From contig CAJXLG010000003.1 of assembly GCA_913055885.1 (NCBI GenBank), positions 1-39,859 on the forward strand: DNA of 39,859 bases, given 5' to 3'. This document shows, piece by piece, positions 1 to 12,000 of the stretch. The position numbers and the translations under genes were made by a program. The DNA comes from an uncultured Rhodospirillales bacterium (GTDB lineage Bacteria; Pseudomonadota; Alphaproteobacteria; Rhodospirillales; CAJXLG01). Numbering within the stretch: the stretch's first letter is position 1; each line of letters opens with the position of its first letter. The notes beneath the pieces were generated by a model. That model did not search any database. It worked only from the letters and a program-made list of their open reading frames with translations, and was not told the DNA's origin.

Positions 1-3000
1 CCGGGCGCGTCCAGACAGGCGAAGCGCACCAGCGCCCGGGGCGGTCCGTCCGGGGCGTCGGCCGGCGCGTCGTCGGCCCGGACCACCGTTCCGCCCAGCG
101 CCCGCAGGCGCGCCTCTAGCGCCCCCACCAGCGGGGCATCCCGGGCCTCCGCCGGCACGTCCAGCAGCCAGCGCCCGGCGGCGGCGCTGGCGTGCGGGAC
201 GGGAGGCGGCGCGGCCACGGGCACGGGAGCCACGTGATAGGCGCCGATCCCCGCTTCCGGGGCCACGTCCGGGGGCAGGGGCGGCGTGGTGGGCGGCCAG
301 AAGCGGCGCCGGTCGAACGGATAGCTGGGCAGGGTGGGCGGTGCTTCCGTCTGGTCGCCGGCCACCGCCGTCCAGTCGGGGTCCACGCCCGCCTCGTGCA
401 GGGCGCCGAGGGCCTCGCGCAGGGCGACCGCGTCGCGCCGGTCCGGGCGCAGGGAGGTCACCCGGACGCCGTCGTTGGCGCCCGTGTCGCGGCGGCGCGC
501 CAGGGCCGTGAGCACCCCCTTGGGCCCGATTTCCAGGAAGCGGGGCGGGCCGCGGTCCGCCAGGGCACACAGGGCGTCGTCGAAGGCGACGGGCCGGCGC
601 AGGTGGTCGCGCCAATAGGCCGGCCGCGACAGCCGCCCGGGCGGCGCCATGTCGCCCTCCAGGCAGCAGGCCATGGGCACGGCGGGGTCGGCCAGGGCAA
701 CGCCGGACACGGTGTCCGACCAGGCATCCAGGATCGGGTCCATGAGGGGGGAATGGAAGGCGTGCGCCGTTTCCAGCCGCCGCCAGCGCAGTCCCTCGGC
801 GGCGGCCAGGGCCTCGGCCCGGTCCACGGCGTCCGGATCGCCGGCGATGACGGTCTCGTCCGGCGCGTTCAGGGCGGAAACGGCCAGGTCCGGCGCTTCC
901 GTGGCGGCGATCAGGCGCTCGGCGGTGGCGCGCCCGGCGGTCAGGGCCGTCATGGCGCCCGGCCGGGTGCCCTCGGCCACCAGGCGGCCGCGCACGGCGA
1001 CCAGGCGGGCGGCGTCGGCGACGGACAGGACGCCGGCTGCCGCCGCCGCGGCAAAGGCTCCCAGGCTGTGGCCCGCCACCGCCGCCGGCTTCACGCCCCA
1101 GGCCGCCCACTGGGCCACCAGGGCCATCTGCAGGGCGAACAGGGCGGGCTGGCCGTACCGGCTGTCGGCCAGGCGGTCGGCGTCGCCCAGGACGTCGGGC
1201 AGGGGCCGGTCGAGGAAGGGCGCCAGGTGGTCGCCCACGGCCTCCAGTTCCGCCCGGAACGCGGGCTCGTCGGCCAGCGCCCCCAGCCCCGCCCCGGCGT
1301 ACAGGGCGCCCTGGCCGGAAAACAGGAAGGTCACGCCGCCGCGCCGGGCCGGCATCGCCGGCCCGGCCGCGTGCTCGGCGGCGGCGCGCAGGGCGGCGAC
1401 GGCGGCCGGCCGGTCGTCGGCGACGATGGTCCGGCGCAGCGGCGGATGGGCCCGGTTCAGGGCGGCCGCGCGCGCCACGGCGGCCAGGGGCGGGGCGTCG
1501 GGCCCGTCGTCGGCGAGGGTATCGGCCATTCGGCGCAGCGCCGCCGCCAGGGCGGGGGCCGTCATGGCGCCCACCGGCACCACGTGCGGCCCCGGCGGAT
1601 CGGCGGCCGGCGCGGCCGGCGCGGGGGACGGCCCGGCCTCCAGGATGACGTGGGCGTTGGTGCCGCTGCCGCCCAGGGAGCCGACCCCGGCCATGGGGCG
1701 CTCGCCCGGGGCTTCCAGGGGGGTCGGCCGGGCAGGCAGGCGCAGGGGCACGCGGGGCCAGTCGATGGCCGGGTTGGGGGTGCGCAGGTGCAGGTGCGGC
1801 GGCGCCTCGCCCGCTTCCAGGGTGAGGACCGTCTTGATGAGGCCGGCCATGCCGGCGGCGGATTCCAGGTGGCCGATGTTCGTCTTCACCGAGCCCGCCA
1901 GCGCCGAGCCGCCGTCGTCCGCCAGGACGGCGCCCAGGGCGTGGGCCTCGATGGGGTCGCCCAGGGGCGTGCCCGTGCCGTGGGTCTCCACGAAGGCAAG
2001 GTCGCGTGGCCGCCCCCCGGCCCGCCGCAGGGCATGCCGGACGACGGCTTCCTGGGCCTGGCGGCTGGGGGTGGTGATACCGCTGGACGCGCCGTTCTGG
2101 TTCACCGCCGACCCCCGCACCCGGGCGCGAATGCGGCGCCGGGCCCGTTCCGCGTCGGCGGCGCGCTCGACGACCACGACGCCACAGCCCTCGCCCCGCA
2201 CCATGCCGTCGGCCGCGGCGTCGAAGGCGCGGCAGCGGCCCGTGGGCGAGAGCATGCGCGCCCGGCTGGCCACCAGGGACGAGAAGGGCGACAGGATCAG
2301 GTTCACCCCGCCCACCAGCGCCCGGTCGCAGTCGCCGGCCCGCACGGCCCGGGCCGCCAGGTGCAGGGCCACCAGCGAAGAGGAGCAGGCGGTGTCCACG
2401 GTAAGGGCCGGACCCGTCAGGCCCAGGGTGAACGCCAGGCGCCCGGCGGCGAAATTGAGCGCGTTGCCTGACAGGTAATAGCTGTCCGGCGGCAGGTCGG
2501 GGACCCGCCGGAGCAGGTCGCCGTAGTCGTTGGTGGAGGCGCCCACGAAGACGCCGGTGCGGCTGTCGCCCAACCGGTCGGGTGGCAGGCCCGCGTCTTC
2601 CAGGGCCGCCCACGCCGTCTCCAGGAGCATCCGGTGCTGCGGGTCGAGGCTCAGGGCCTCGCGCGGGCTGAGGCCGAAGAGGGCGGCGTCGAAGCCGTCC
2701 ACCCGGTCCAGGAAGCCGCCCGTGCGGCAGGCGATGTGGTCGGGCCGGCCCGGGTCGGGATGGTACCACGCCTCGGCGTCCCAGCGCTCGGGCGGCACCG
2801 GGCCCACGCCGTCGCCGCCGGCGCGCAGGAAGGCGTGAAACGCGGCGGGCCCTTCCCCGGCGCCGGGAAAGCGGCACCCCATGCCGGTGAGCGCCACCGG
2901 CCCGGCGTCGCCGCCGTCGTCGTCGGCCCCTTCCCCCTCCAGCCCGTCCACGCGCCGCTGCAGCTCCAGGGCAAGCAGCATGGTCTGCTTGTGGGTCAGG

Positions 3001-3038
3001 CCGCGCAGGTAGTCCAGGAACTGCTTTTCGTCAGGCAT
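1..3038 (-). CDS. Type I PKS subunit 3, partial (module 5: docking-KS-AT(malonyl)-start of a probable KR region); 3' end outside the window
   Basis: Not in the ORF track, so translated by hand from ATG 3038: [29 protein letters not shown]...GMGCRFPG...DTACSSS...[12 protein letters not shown]...KTNIGHLESAAG...FSGQG...GHSLG...HAFHS...LPSYPFDRRRFW. GGAG lies upstream and ATGCCTGA overlaps the upstream stop. Confidence 0.93.
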   Translation of the reverse strand, partial: MPDEKQFLDYLRGLTHKQTMLLALELQRRVDGLEGEGADDDGGDAGPVALTGMGCRFPGAGEGPAAFHAFLRAGGDGVGPVPPERWDAEAWYHPDPGRPDHIACRTGGFLDRVDGFDAALFGLSPREALSLDPQHRMLLETAWAALEDAGLPPDRLGDSRTGVFVGASTNDYGDLLRRVPDLPPDSYYLSGNALNFAAGRLAFTLGLTGPALTVDTACSSSLVALHLAARAVRAGDCDRALVGGVNLILSPFSSLVASRARMLSPTGRCRAFDAAADGMVRGEGCGVVVVERAADAERARRRIRARVRGSAVNQNGASSGITTPSRQAQEAVVRHALRRAGGRPRDLAFVETHGTGTPLGDPIEAHALGAVLADDGGSALAGSVKTNIGHLESAAGMAGLIKTVLTLEAGEAPPHLHLRTPNPAIDWPRVPLRLPARPTPLEAPGERPMAGVGSLGGSGTNAHVILEAGPSPAPAAPAADPPGPHVVPVGAMTAPALAAALRRMADTLADDGPDAPPLAAVARAAALNRAHPPLRRTIVADDRPAAVAALRAAAEHAAGPAMPARRGGVTFLFSGQGALYAGAGLGALADEPAFRAELEAVGDHLAPFLDRPLPDVLGDADRLADSRYGQPALFALQMALVAQWAAWGVKPAAVAGHSLGAFAAAAAAGVLSVADAARLVAVRGRLVAEGTRPGAMTALTAGRATAERLIAATEAPDLAVSALNAPDETVIAGDPDAVDRAEALAAAEGLRWRRLETAHAFHSPLMDPILDAWSDTVSGVALADPAVPMACCLEGDMAPPGRLSRPAYWRDHLRRPVAFDDALCALADRGPPRFLEIGPKGVLTALARRRDTGANDGVRVTSLRPDRRDAVALREALGALHEAGVDPDWTAVAGDQTEAPPTLPSYPFDRRRFWPPTTPPLPPDVAPEAGIGAYHVAPVPVAAPPPVPHASAAAGRWLLDVPAEARDAPLVGALEARLRALGGTVVRADDAPADAPDGPPRALVRFACLDAP

Positions 3039-6000
3039 CCCCGTTTTCTCCGTCGTCGGCGGCCGTGTTGTCCACGTCGCCCAACAGCCGGTCGATGGCA
3101 TCGTCGTCCAGGTCCGCCACCCGGGCCGCGAGATCGACGGCCGATTCCCCGTCGGCCGGCGGCGTTTCGGCGTCCGGCCCGGGGCCTGCTTCGTCCCCCG
3201 TGGCCGCCGCATCGGGGAACAGCCGCGTCACCAGATGGGCGGCGAGGCTTTCCGGCGTGGGATACTCGAAGGCGATGCTGGGCGGCAGGTCGAGGCCCAG
3301 GGCGGTCTCCAGCCCCTGGCGCAGGCGTACCGCCATGACGGAATCGAGCCCCATCTGGAAGAAGCCGCGATCGGCCTCCACGGCCTCGGGGCCGGGCAGG
3401 TCCAGCACGTCGGCCACCCGGCGCGCCACGGCCCCGGTCATGGCGTGGGCGCGCGCCGCCGCCGGCAGCGCCGCCAGTTCGCGGGCCAGGGCGCCGTTTT
3501 CGGCCGGCGCGGTGTCCGCCTGATCGGGGCCGGGGGCGTCGCCGTCGCCGGCCCCGCCTTCCATCTCTTCCAGGAACGGGCGCCGCCGCCGGGCCTCCTG
3601 GACGGCGCGGAACGTGGGCCAGTCGAAGCGGCCCGCCGCCGCCCGGTCCACGCCGCGCGCCATCAGGCTGCCCAGGGCGGCCAGGGCGTCGGGCCCGGGA
3701 AGCGGCAGGAAGCCCATCCGCGCGAAGTACGCCGCGGCCGTGTCGTCCACCAGGCCGGCGCCCTGCCACCAGCCCCAGTTCACGGACAGGCCGTGCGGCC
3801 CGCGCGCCCGGCGGGCGGTCATCATGGCGTCCATCGCCGCGTTGGCCGCGGCGTAGGCGCCCTGGCCCTCGGCGCCCCAGAGCGCCCCGCCCGTGGAGAA
3901 GCAGACGAACCAGTCGGGCGGCCGGTGGGCGGTGGCGTCCGCCAACAGCCGGGTGCCCGTCACCTTGGGGCCGGTGGTCGCGGCGATGTCGGCGGCGTCC
4001 AGGTCTTCCAGCCGGGCCGAGCATACCACGCCGGCGGCGTGGAAGATGCCGCGCAGCGGCCCGTCGCCGGCCTCGGCCGTGGCCACCAGGCGGGCCACGT
4101 CATCCGCGCGGGTCACGTCGGCGGCCTCGCACACCACCGTGCAGCCGGCGGCCTCCAGGGCGGCCAGGCGTTGCGCCCCGGCGTCGTCCGGCCGGCCCCG
4201 GCGGCCGGCCAGGACGAGGCGGCGGGCGCCCCGGTCGGCCAGCCATTCGGCCACCGCCAGCCCGATGTCGCCCAGGCCGCCGGTTATGAGCCATGTGCCG
4301 TCGGCGGCGATGGCGGGGCCCGCGTCGGCGTCCGGGGCCGCCGGCATGCGGGCCAGCCGGGGGACGAAGCGGCGGCCGTCGCGCCAGGCTACCTGATCCT
4401 CGCCGTCCCCGGCGGCGATGGTGCGCAGCACGAGGTCGGCCAGGGCCCCGGGATCGAGCGCTTCCGGGGGCAGGTCGGCGAGGCCGCCGCCCGTGTCGGG
4501 CCGTTCCACCATGGCCACGCGGCCCAGCCCCCACAGCGCCGCCTGCAGCGGATCCGGGGTGTCGCCGGCGCGCGGCGCCTGGCCGCCCCGCGTGAACAGC
4601 CACAGGGTGTCGGGGCCGTCGGCCACGAGGTCGCGCACGGCGGCGATTTCCGACTCCACCGCGCCGGCCGGGTCGGCCGGCGCTTCCGGCGGCAGGCGCA
4701 GCACCCGGGCGCCCTCGGCGAAGCCCGGCGCGGCCGCCGCGGCGGCGGGGTCCAGCAGGCGCGCCGAAGCGCCCAGCCGCTCGGCCACGGCGTCGGCCAC
4801 GGGGCCCCGCCCGAGGACGATCCAGGACGGATCTTCGGGCGTGGCGGCTGCCGGGACGCCCGCCTCGCGCCAGACGGTATGGTAGAGGTCGCGGGGCTGG
4901 CGCGTCGGGGGCGGTGTGGCCACCGGGCCGGGCCCGCTGGTGAACCAGTGGCGCTTGTGCTGCCACGCATAGGTCGGCAGGTCCACGCGGCCGGGGCCCG
5001 GGTCGCCCAGGGCCGCCCAGCGCGGAGTCAGCCCGTCCACGTAGAGCCGCCCGGGCACGTTCAGCAGCTGGCGGCGCTCCGGCGCGTCCCGGTTGAGGCA
5101 GCACAGCACCCGGGGCGGGTGGGCGGCGTCCATGGTCTCGGCGCGCACCGCCTCGGTCAGGACCGGGTGCGGCCCCATCTCGACGACGTGCGTCACGCCC
5201 CGGTCCACCAGGCGCGCCACGGCGTCGGCGAAGCGCACCGGGCGGCGCAGGTTGGCCCACCAGTAATCGGCGTCCAGGGGCGGCGCGTCGGGCGCGTCCA
5301 GGGGGCCGCCGACCACGGTGGAGTCCATGGGAAGGCCCGGGGCGCGGGGCTGCAATCCGGCCAGGGCCGTCAGCAGGTGGTCGCGCAGCGGGTCCACCTG
5401 CGGGCCGTGCGAGGCGACGTCCACGTTGACCCGGCGGCAGAAGATGTCCCGCGCCTCGAGCCGCGCGGCCATGGCCTCCAGGGTCCCGGCGTCGCCGGAC
5501 AGGACGGTGGAATGGCGGGCGTTGCTCACGGCGACGGCGACGCGCTCCGCCGCCCCCGGATCGTGGTCGCGGGCGTGGTCGTCGATGGCCCGCGCCGCCG
5601 CCTCCGCGTCCAGCCCCACCAGGAGCATGCCGCCCCGGCCGCTGATGCCGCGCAACAACCGGCTGCGCTGGCAGATCACACGGGCGGCGTCGGCCAGGTC
5701 GAGGGCGCCCGTGACGGTGGCGGCGGCCACCTCGCCCATGCTGTGGCCGACGGCCACGGCCGGGGTGACGCCCAGGTCGCGCAACAGGGCGGCCAGGGCC
5801 ACCTGAAGGGCGAAAAGGGCGGGCTGGATGGTATTCACCGCCTCCATGGGCTCGCCCGCTTCCAGCAGGGCGGCCACGTCGGGCCCGCCGGCCGCGCGGC
5901 AGGCATCGGAGGCCTGGCGCAGGGCATCGCGGAAAACGGGCTCGGTGGCCAGGAGCCGGCGGCCCATGCCCGCCCACTGGCCGCCCTGGCCCGGGAAGAC

Positions 6001-9000
6001 GAAGGCCACGCGGACCGTGGAATCCGGCTTCGCCACGCCCTGGTGGACCGCCGGCTCGCCGTCGGCCGGCGTTTCGCCGGCCGCCCAATGGCGCAGGGCG
6101 GCCGCCGCTTCCGCCCCGGAGCCCGCGGCCACGGCGAGGCGGTGCGGATGATGGGCGCGCCGGCGCGCGGCCTGCAGGGCGATCCGGGTGAAGTGTTCCG
6201 GCGTGGCGTCGGCCACCCGGTCGGCCAGCCGCCGGGCGAGGTCGGCCAGGGCCCGCGGGTCGCGGGCCGACGTTACCAGCAGGGCGCCGTCCGCAGCCGT
6301 ATTCGCCGCCCCGGGATCGGTGTCCTCCTGTTCGGGCGGCTCCTGGACGACCATGTGCGCGTTGGTGCCGCTGAAGCCGAAGGAACTGACGCCGGCCAGG
6401 CGCGGGCGGTCCGCCGGCCACGGGCACGCCCGCGACGCGACGCGTACCGGCAGGGTGTCCCAGGCGACGTGCGGGTTGGGGGTGTGGAAGTGCAGGCTGG
6501 GCGGCACGTGGCCGGCGTTGACCGCCAGCACGGCCTTGGCCAGCCCGGCCAGGCCGGCGGCCCCTTCCAGGTGCCCGAGGTTGGTCTTGACGGAGCCGGT
6601 CAACAGGGGCTGGTCGGGCGGCCGGCCTTCCGCGAAGACGTCGCCCAGGGCCGTCGCCTCGATGGGATCGCCCAGGGGCGTGCCGCTGCCGTGGGCTTCC
6701 ACATAGGCCACGTCCGCCGGGGCCACGTGCGCGTCCGCCAGGGCGGCGCGGATGACCCGTTCCTGGGCGGGGCCGTTGGGCGCCGTCAGGCCGGCCGAGC
6801 GGCCGTCCTGGTTGGTTGCCGACCCGCGCACCACGGCGAGGACCGGATCGCCGTCCGCGCGGGCGTCGGCCAGGCGCTTGAGGGCGACGACCAGGCAGCC
6901 CTCGCCCCGGACGAAGCCGTCGGCGTCGGCGTCGAAGCTGCGGCACCGGCCCTCTTCCGAGAGCATGCGGGAGCGCGCGAAGTTCACCGCCACGCCCGGT
7001 TCCAGCATGACGTTGACGCCGCCGGCCAGGGCCATGTCGCACTCGCCGTCGAGCAGGCTCTTGCGCGCCAGGTGCGTGGCCACGAGGGACGACGAACAGG
7101 CCGTGTCCACCGCCAGGGCCGGCCCCTCCAGCCCCAGGACGTAGGCAATGCGCCCGGCCGCCACCGAGCCCGCGTTGCCGGTGGCGAGGTGCGGATCCCC
7201 GCCCGGGTTGTCGCCCGCCGCCATCTGCAGATGGAGGTAGTCGCTGCCGCAAATGCCGACGAAGACGCCCGTGGGCGTGCCGTCCAGGGCCGTAACGTCC
7301 TGGCCGGCGTCTTCCAGCGCCTCCCAGGCCACTTCCAGCAACAGGCGCTGCTGCGGGTCCATGGCCGCCGCCTCGCGCGGGCTGATGCCGAAGAAGGCGG
7401 CGTCGAAGCCCGCCACGTTGTCCATGAAGCCGCCGTGCCGGGCGTAGGTGTAGCCCGCGCGGTCCGGGTCCGGATCGTAGTAGGCGTCCACGTCCCAGCG
7501 CCCGGGCGGCACTTCCGCCACCCCCTCGACGCCCGCCATCAGGCCCTGCCACAGGCTGTCGCGGTCGTTCAGGCCGCCGGGCAGCCGGCAGGCGAGGCCG
7601 ACCACCGCGATGTCGCGCTCGCCCGACCGGTCGCCCGCGTCCGTTTCGCGGGCGGGGGCGCGGCCGGTCGCCGGGGCGCCCTCGGGCGTCGCCAGTACCC
7701 TGGGCGCCAGGAAGGCGGTCAGGGCCTCGACGGTGGGGTGGTCGAAGGCCAGGGTGGCGGGCAGGGTGATGTCCAGCGCGGCGGCCAGGCGGTTGCGCAG
7801 GTCCACGGCCATCAGGCTGTCCAGGCCCAGGTCGCGCAGGGGCTGGCCGCCGGGGATGGCGGCGTCCGGTTGCAGCCCCAGGGCCGCCACCGCCTCGCGG
7901 CGGATCAGGGCGGCCAGGGCGGCCTCGTCGTCCGGCCGCGCCGGGGCCGTGACGGCCTCCGGCCGGGGCGCGTCGTCGGCCGCCGCCGGCGCCTCGGCCG
8001 CCGGGGCCCGCGCCGGCTGCCGCCGGGCTTCCGCCAGGGGCGCCATGAGGTCGGGCACCGTGCCGGGCGGAAAGGCGGCCAGGAAGCGCGGCCACTCGAC
8101 CGGCAGCACCGCCGTCTGCGCTTCGCCCAGCATCAGGGCGCGGCGCAGCGCCTCCAGGCCGTCGTCCAGGGGCATGGGCCGCATGCCCAGGGCGGCGACG
8201 CGGTTCGCCGCGTCGGGGTCGGCCAGGGTGCCGGCCTCCGCCCACGGCCCCCAGTCCACCGCGAGGCCCGGCAGCCCCAGGCCGTGCCGGTAATGCGCCA
8301 GGGTGTCCAGGGCGGCGTTGGCCGCCGCGTGGTTGGCCTGGCCCGGGCTGCCGAGCAGGGCGGCGCCGGCCGAGAACAGCACGAACAGTTCCACCGGCCG
8401 GTCCAGGCTGAGTCGGTGCAGGGCCCAGGCGGCATCCACCTTGGTGCGCAGCACGGGATCGAAGGTGTCGGCGGTCTGGCTGCCCAGCGGGGCGTCCGCC
8501 AGGGTGCCGGCGGCGTGGACGATGCCGCGCAGCGGCGGCCCCTCGGCGTCGATGCGCTGAACCAGGCTTTCCAGCGCGGCGACGTCCGTGACGTCGAGGT
8601 CCACTTCCTCGACCCGCGCGCCGGCGGCCTCGGCGGCGGCGATGGCCGTCCGGCCGTCGTCGTCGGCCGGGCGGCGCCCGGCCAGGAGCAGCCGGCCGGC
8701 GCCCCGCTCGGCCAGCCACCGGCCCACGTGCGGGCCCAGGCCGCGCCGCCCGCCCGTGACCAGATAGGTGCCGTCGGCGCGCGCGGACGGCTCCCGGGCA
8801 TCCCGCAGGTCCAGGACCAGCCGGCCCACGTGCTGCCCGGCCTGCATCCCGGCCAGGGCCTCGCGCGCCCGGCCCACGGGCCGTGCCGTAACGGGCAGGG
8901 TGGGCAGCGCCCCGGCCGCCACGTCGTGCAGCACCCGGTCGTAGAGGGCGGCCACGGCATCGGGCGCCTCGGCCACCTCGTCCGCTACCATGATGGGGTG

Positions 9001-12000
9001 GTAGGCCACGTCGGGCCGATAGGCGCGCGCCGCCTCGACGGGCCAGATGTCCCGCCGGCCGATTTCCAGGAAACGGCCGCCCTCGGCCAGGACGTCGAAG
9101 CTCTCGGCGATGAAGGGATCGCGCAGGCTGTTGAGGACCACGTCCACCCCGGCGCCGTCGGACCATGCGCGCACCGCGCCGGCGAAGCCGGGCGTCCGCG
9201 AACTGGCCACCCCCTCGACGCCCAGGGCGCGCAGGACGGGCCATTTGTCCGGGTGGGCGGTGGCGAAGACCCGGGCGCCCGCCTGATGCGCCAGATGGAT
9301 GGCGGCCAGCCCGACGCCGCCCGCCCCGGCGTGGATCAGGACGCGCTCGCCGGCCCGCAGGCCGCCCCGGTGAAGCAGGGCCACGGCGGCGGTCAGGCAG
9401 GCCACCGGCAGGGCGGCGGCGTGCACCGGGTCCAGCCCCCCGGGCAGGGGCCGCGTCAGGCCGGCCGCCACGGTGACGTGGGAGGCCAGGCAGCCGCTGG
9501 CGATGGCGATCACCGGGTCGCCGGACTGCAGGTCGGTGACGTCCGGGCCCACACGCGTCACCCGGCCGGCGCATTCCTCGCCCGGCGGGCCCGGCTCGCC
9601 CGGATACAGGCCCAGGGTATTGAGCACGTCGCGGAAGTTCAGGCCCACGGCGTCCACGGCGATTTCCACCTCGCCGGCTTCGGGGGCGCGGCGCGCCAGG
9701 GGCTGAAAGGCCAGCCCGTCCAGGCTGCCGCGCCGCGCCACGTCGAGCCGGAACGGCCCGTCGCCGATGACCGTCCGCCCCGGCGCCTCGGTCAGGGCCG
9801 GGACCAGGGCGCGGTCGCCGCGCAGCGCCACTTCCGCCGGCGGCGCCGGCCGGCCCAGGATTTCCAGGACGGCCTCCCGGGACGGTCCGTCGCCGGCCGC
9901 GCCCGCCGGGTCCAGATCGATCAGGGTGCACGGCAGCGCGGGATATTCGCGCCGCGCCACCCGCAACAGCCCGCTCAGGCAGGCCAGGGCCGGGTCCGTG
10001 TCGCGGGCGCCCCGGGTGATCCAGACCACCCGGGGCGGCGGGTCCCAGGCCGCCGCGTCCACCGTGGCGAGGAGCTCGGCGGCCCGCTGGCACACCGCGC
10101 GCGCCGCGTCGCCCGGGGCGTCGGCGGGGTCCGCCGCTTCCTGGCGGATGACCAGGGCGGGCGGCGTGGCCCGTTCCGCGAGCGCCGAGGGATGGTGCGC
10201 CGTGGCCACCGGCAGGCCGGCGTCGGCCAGGGCATCGGCCAGGCCCATGGCGTCGTCGCCCAGCACGACGACCGGCGTGTCCGCCGCGCGGCCCCGGATG
10301 AGCCGGGCGGCGGGGGCAAGGCGCGCGGCCACCACGCCGTGGCCGTACAGGCCGGTATCGGCTTCGGGGACGACCAGCGGCGTTTCGAAGCCGTGGGCGG
10401 CCAGCAGGTCCTGCCACGCCCGCCCCGACACCAGGGGGCCGTCGGCGCCGCGACGGGCGTCGTCGGCCCGCCACCAGCCCTCCGTCAGCCCGAAGGTGAC
10501 CGCCGCGCTGGCGCGCTGGGCGAAGGCCTCCAGCAGCACCAGGGCGCCGCCCGGGGCCATTCGGGCCCGGAGGTTGGCGATGGTGGCGTCAAGGTCACGC
10601 GTGGCGTGGAGAACGTTGGCGGCCAAAACAAGGTCGAACGGGCCATCCGTTGCCGGGGGCTCGCCGGCGGGGGCGGCCGCGTCCGGGGCTTCCAGGTCGA
10701 GGACGGCGAAGCGCATGCCGGGCACGTCCCCGAAGCGTTCGCGGCCGTGCTCGACGAAACGCGGCGACACGTCGGTATAGCAGTAGTCGAAGCGCCCCTC
10801 GGGCAGCCGGGGCAGGACGGCCCGGGTCAGGCTGCCCGTCCCGGCCCCGACTTCCAGGATGCGCAGGGTCCGGTCGGCGGGCACGTCGGCTACCAGCCGT
10901 TCCACCGTCGTGGCGGCAAGGTCGGCGAGGGCGCGGCCCAGGGGGGAGTCGGCATAGACCGTTTCGGCGTCGGCGAGGGCGCCTTCCGGGAACAGCAGGG
11001 GCAGGGGGTCGCCGCCCGCCAGGACCCCGGGCAGCCCCTCCAGGCAGCGGCGCACCAGGGCGCTCTCGGCGTCGGTGCCGGTGTGGGCCGCCGCCAGACG
11101 GTCCAGGGCGGCCAGGGGGTCGTCCGGCGGCGTCGATGCACCGCCCGCGTCGGCGGCGATCCGGGTAAGCAGGTGGAAGAGCGGCCGGCGGTCGGCCGCC
11201 ACGGCGCTTTCGGGCACCCCTTCCAGGACGTGCGCGACGGCGGCCGGCAGCAGGGCTTCCATGCCTTCCAGGAAGGCGCCGTAGTCGGCCAGCTCGGCGT
11301 CGGCCGCGAGGGCGTCGCGCGGGTCGGCCAGCGCCCCGGCCAGGGCGGCGCCGTCGGGCAGGGGCGGTGCCCGCCGGGGCCCGGGCGCCTCCGACCAGGC
11401 GATCCCGTAAAGCCAGTCGGCGGCGGGCGGGCGCGCCGCCGCCCGGCCCGAGCCGAAGCGCAGGCCGGAAAGCACCAGGGCCGGCCGGCCCGCGTCGTCG
11501 ACCAGGGAGAGGTCGGCGACGGGCGTTTCGCCGTCGCGCCACGCGGCATGAACCCAGTGGACCGGTCCCGTCCCGGCGACCAGGGTTGCCGCCTCCAGGG
11601 CGGCCGGCAACAGGGGCGCGGGGTGCGACGGGTCGCCGGAAGCCGGGGCGGCGCCCAGCACCTGGAGCGCCGCGTCCACCAGGGCGGGATGGGGCTGGTC
11701 CGGCGTCTTTCCGTCGCCGGCGGCGTCGTCGGCCACCTCGGGGGGCGGCGCCAGCCGGCCCAGCATCCCGCCATCGCCCGTCCAGGCCGCCGCCAGGCCC
11801 CCGAAGGCGGGGCCCAGGTCGAGGTCCAGGGCCGCCTGCCCCTGGCGGATGGCGGCCGGGTCCACGGCGTGCGGACAGGCGGCCCGCAGGGCCGCCATGT
11901 CGAGGGCGCCGGGCCGCGCGTCTTCGGTCAGCGGCGCGACGCGGGCGCTCACGTGCTCGTGCCAGCCGCCCTCGCCGTCCGGCGACAGGATGCGCACGCC

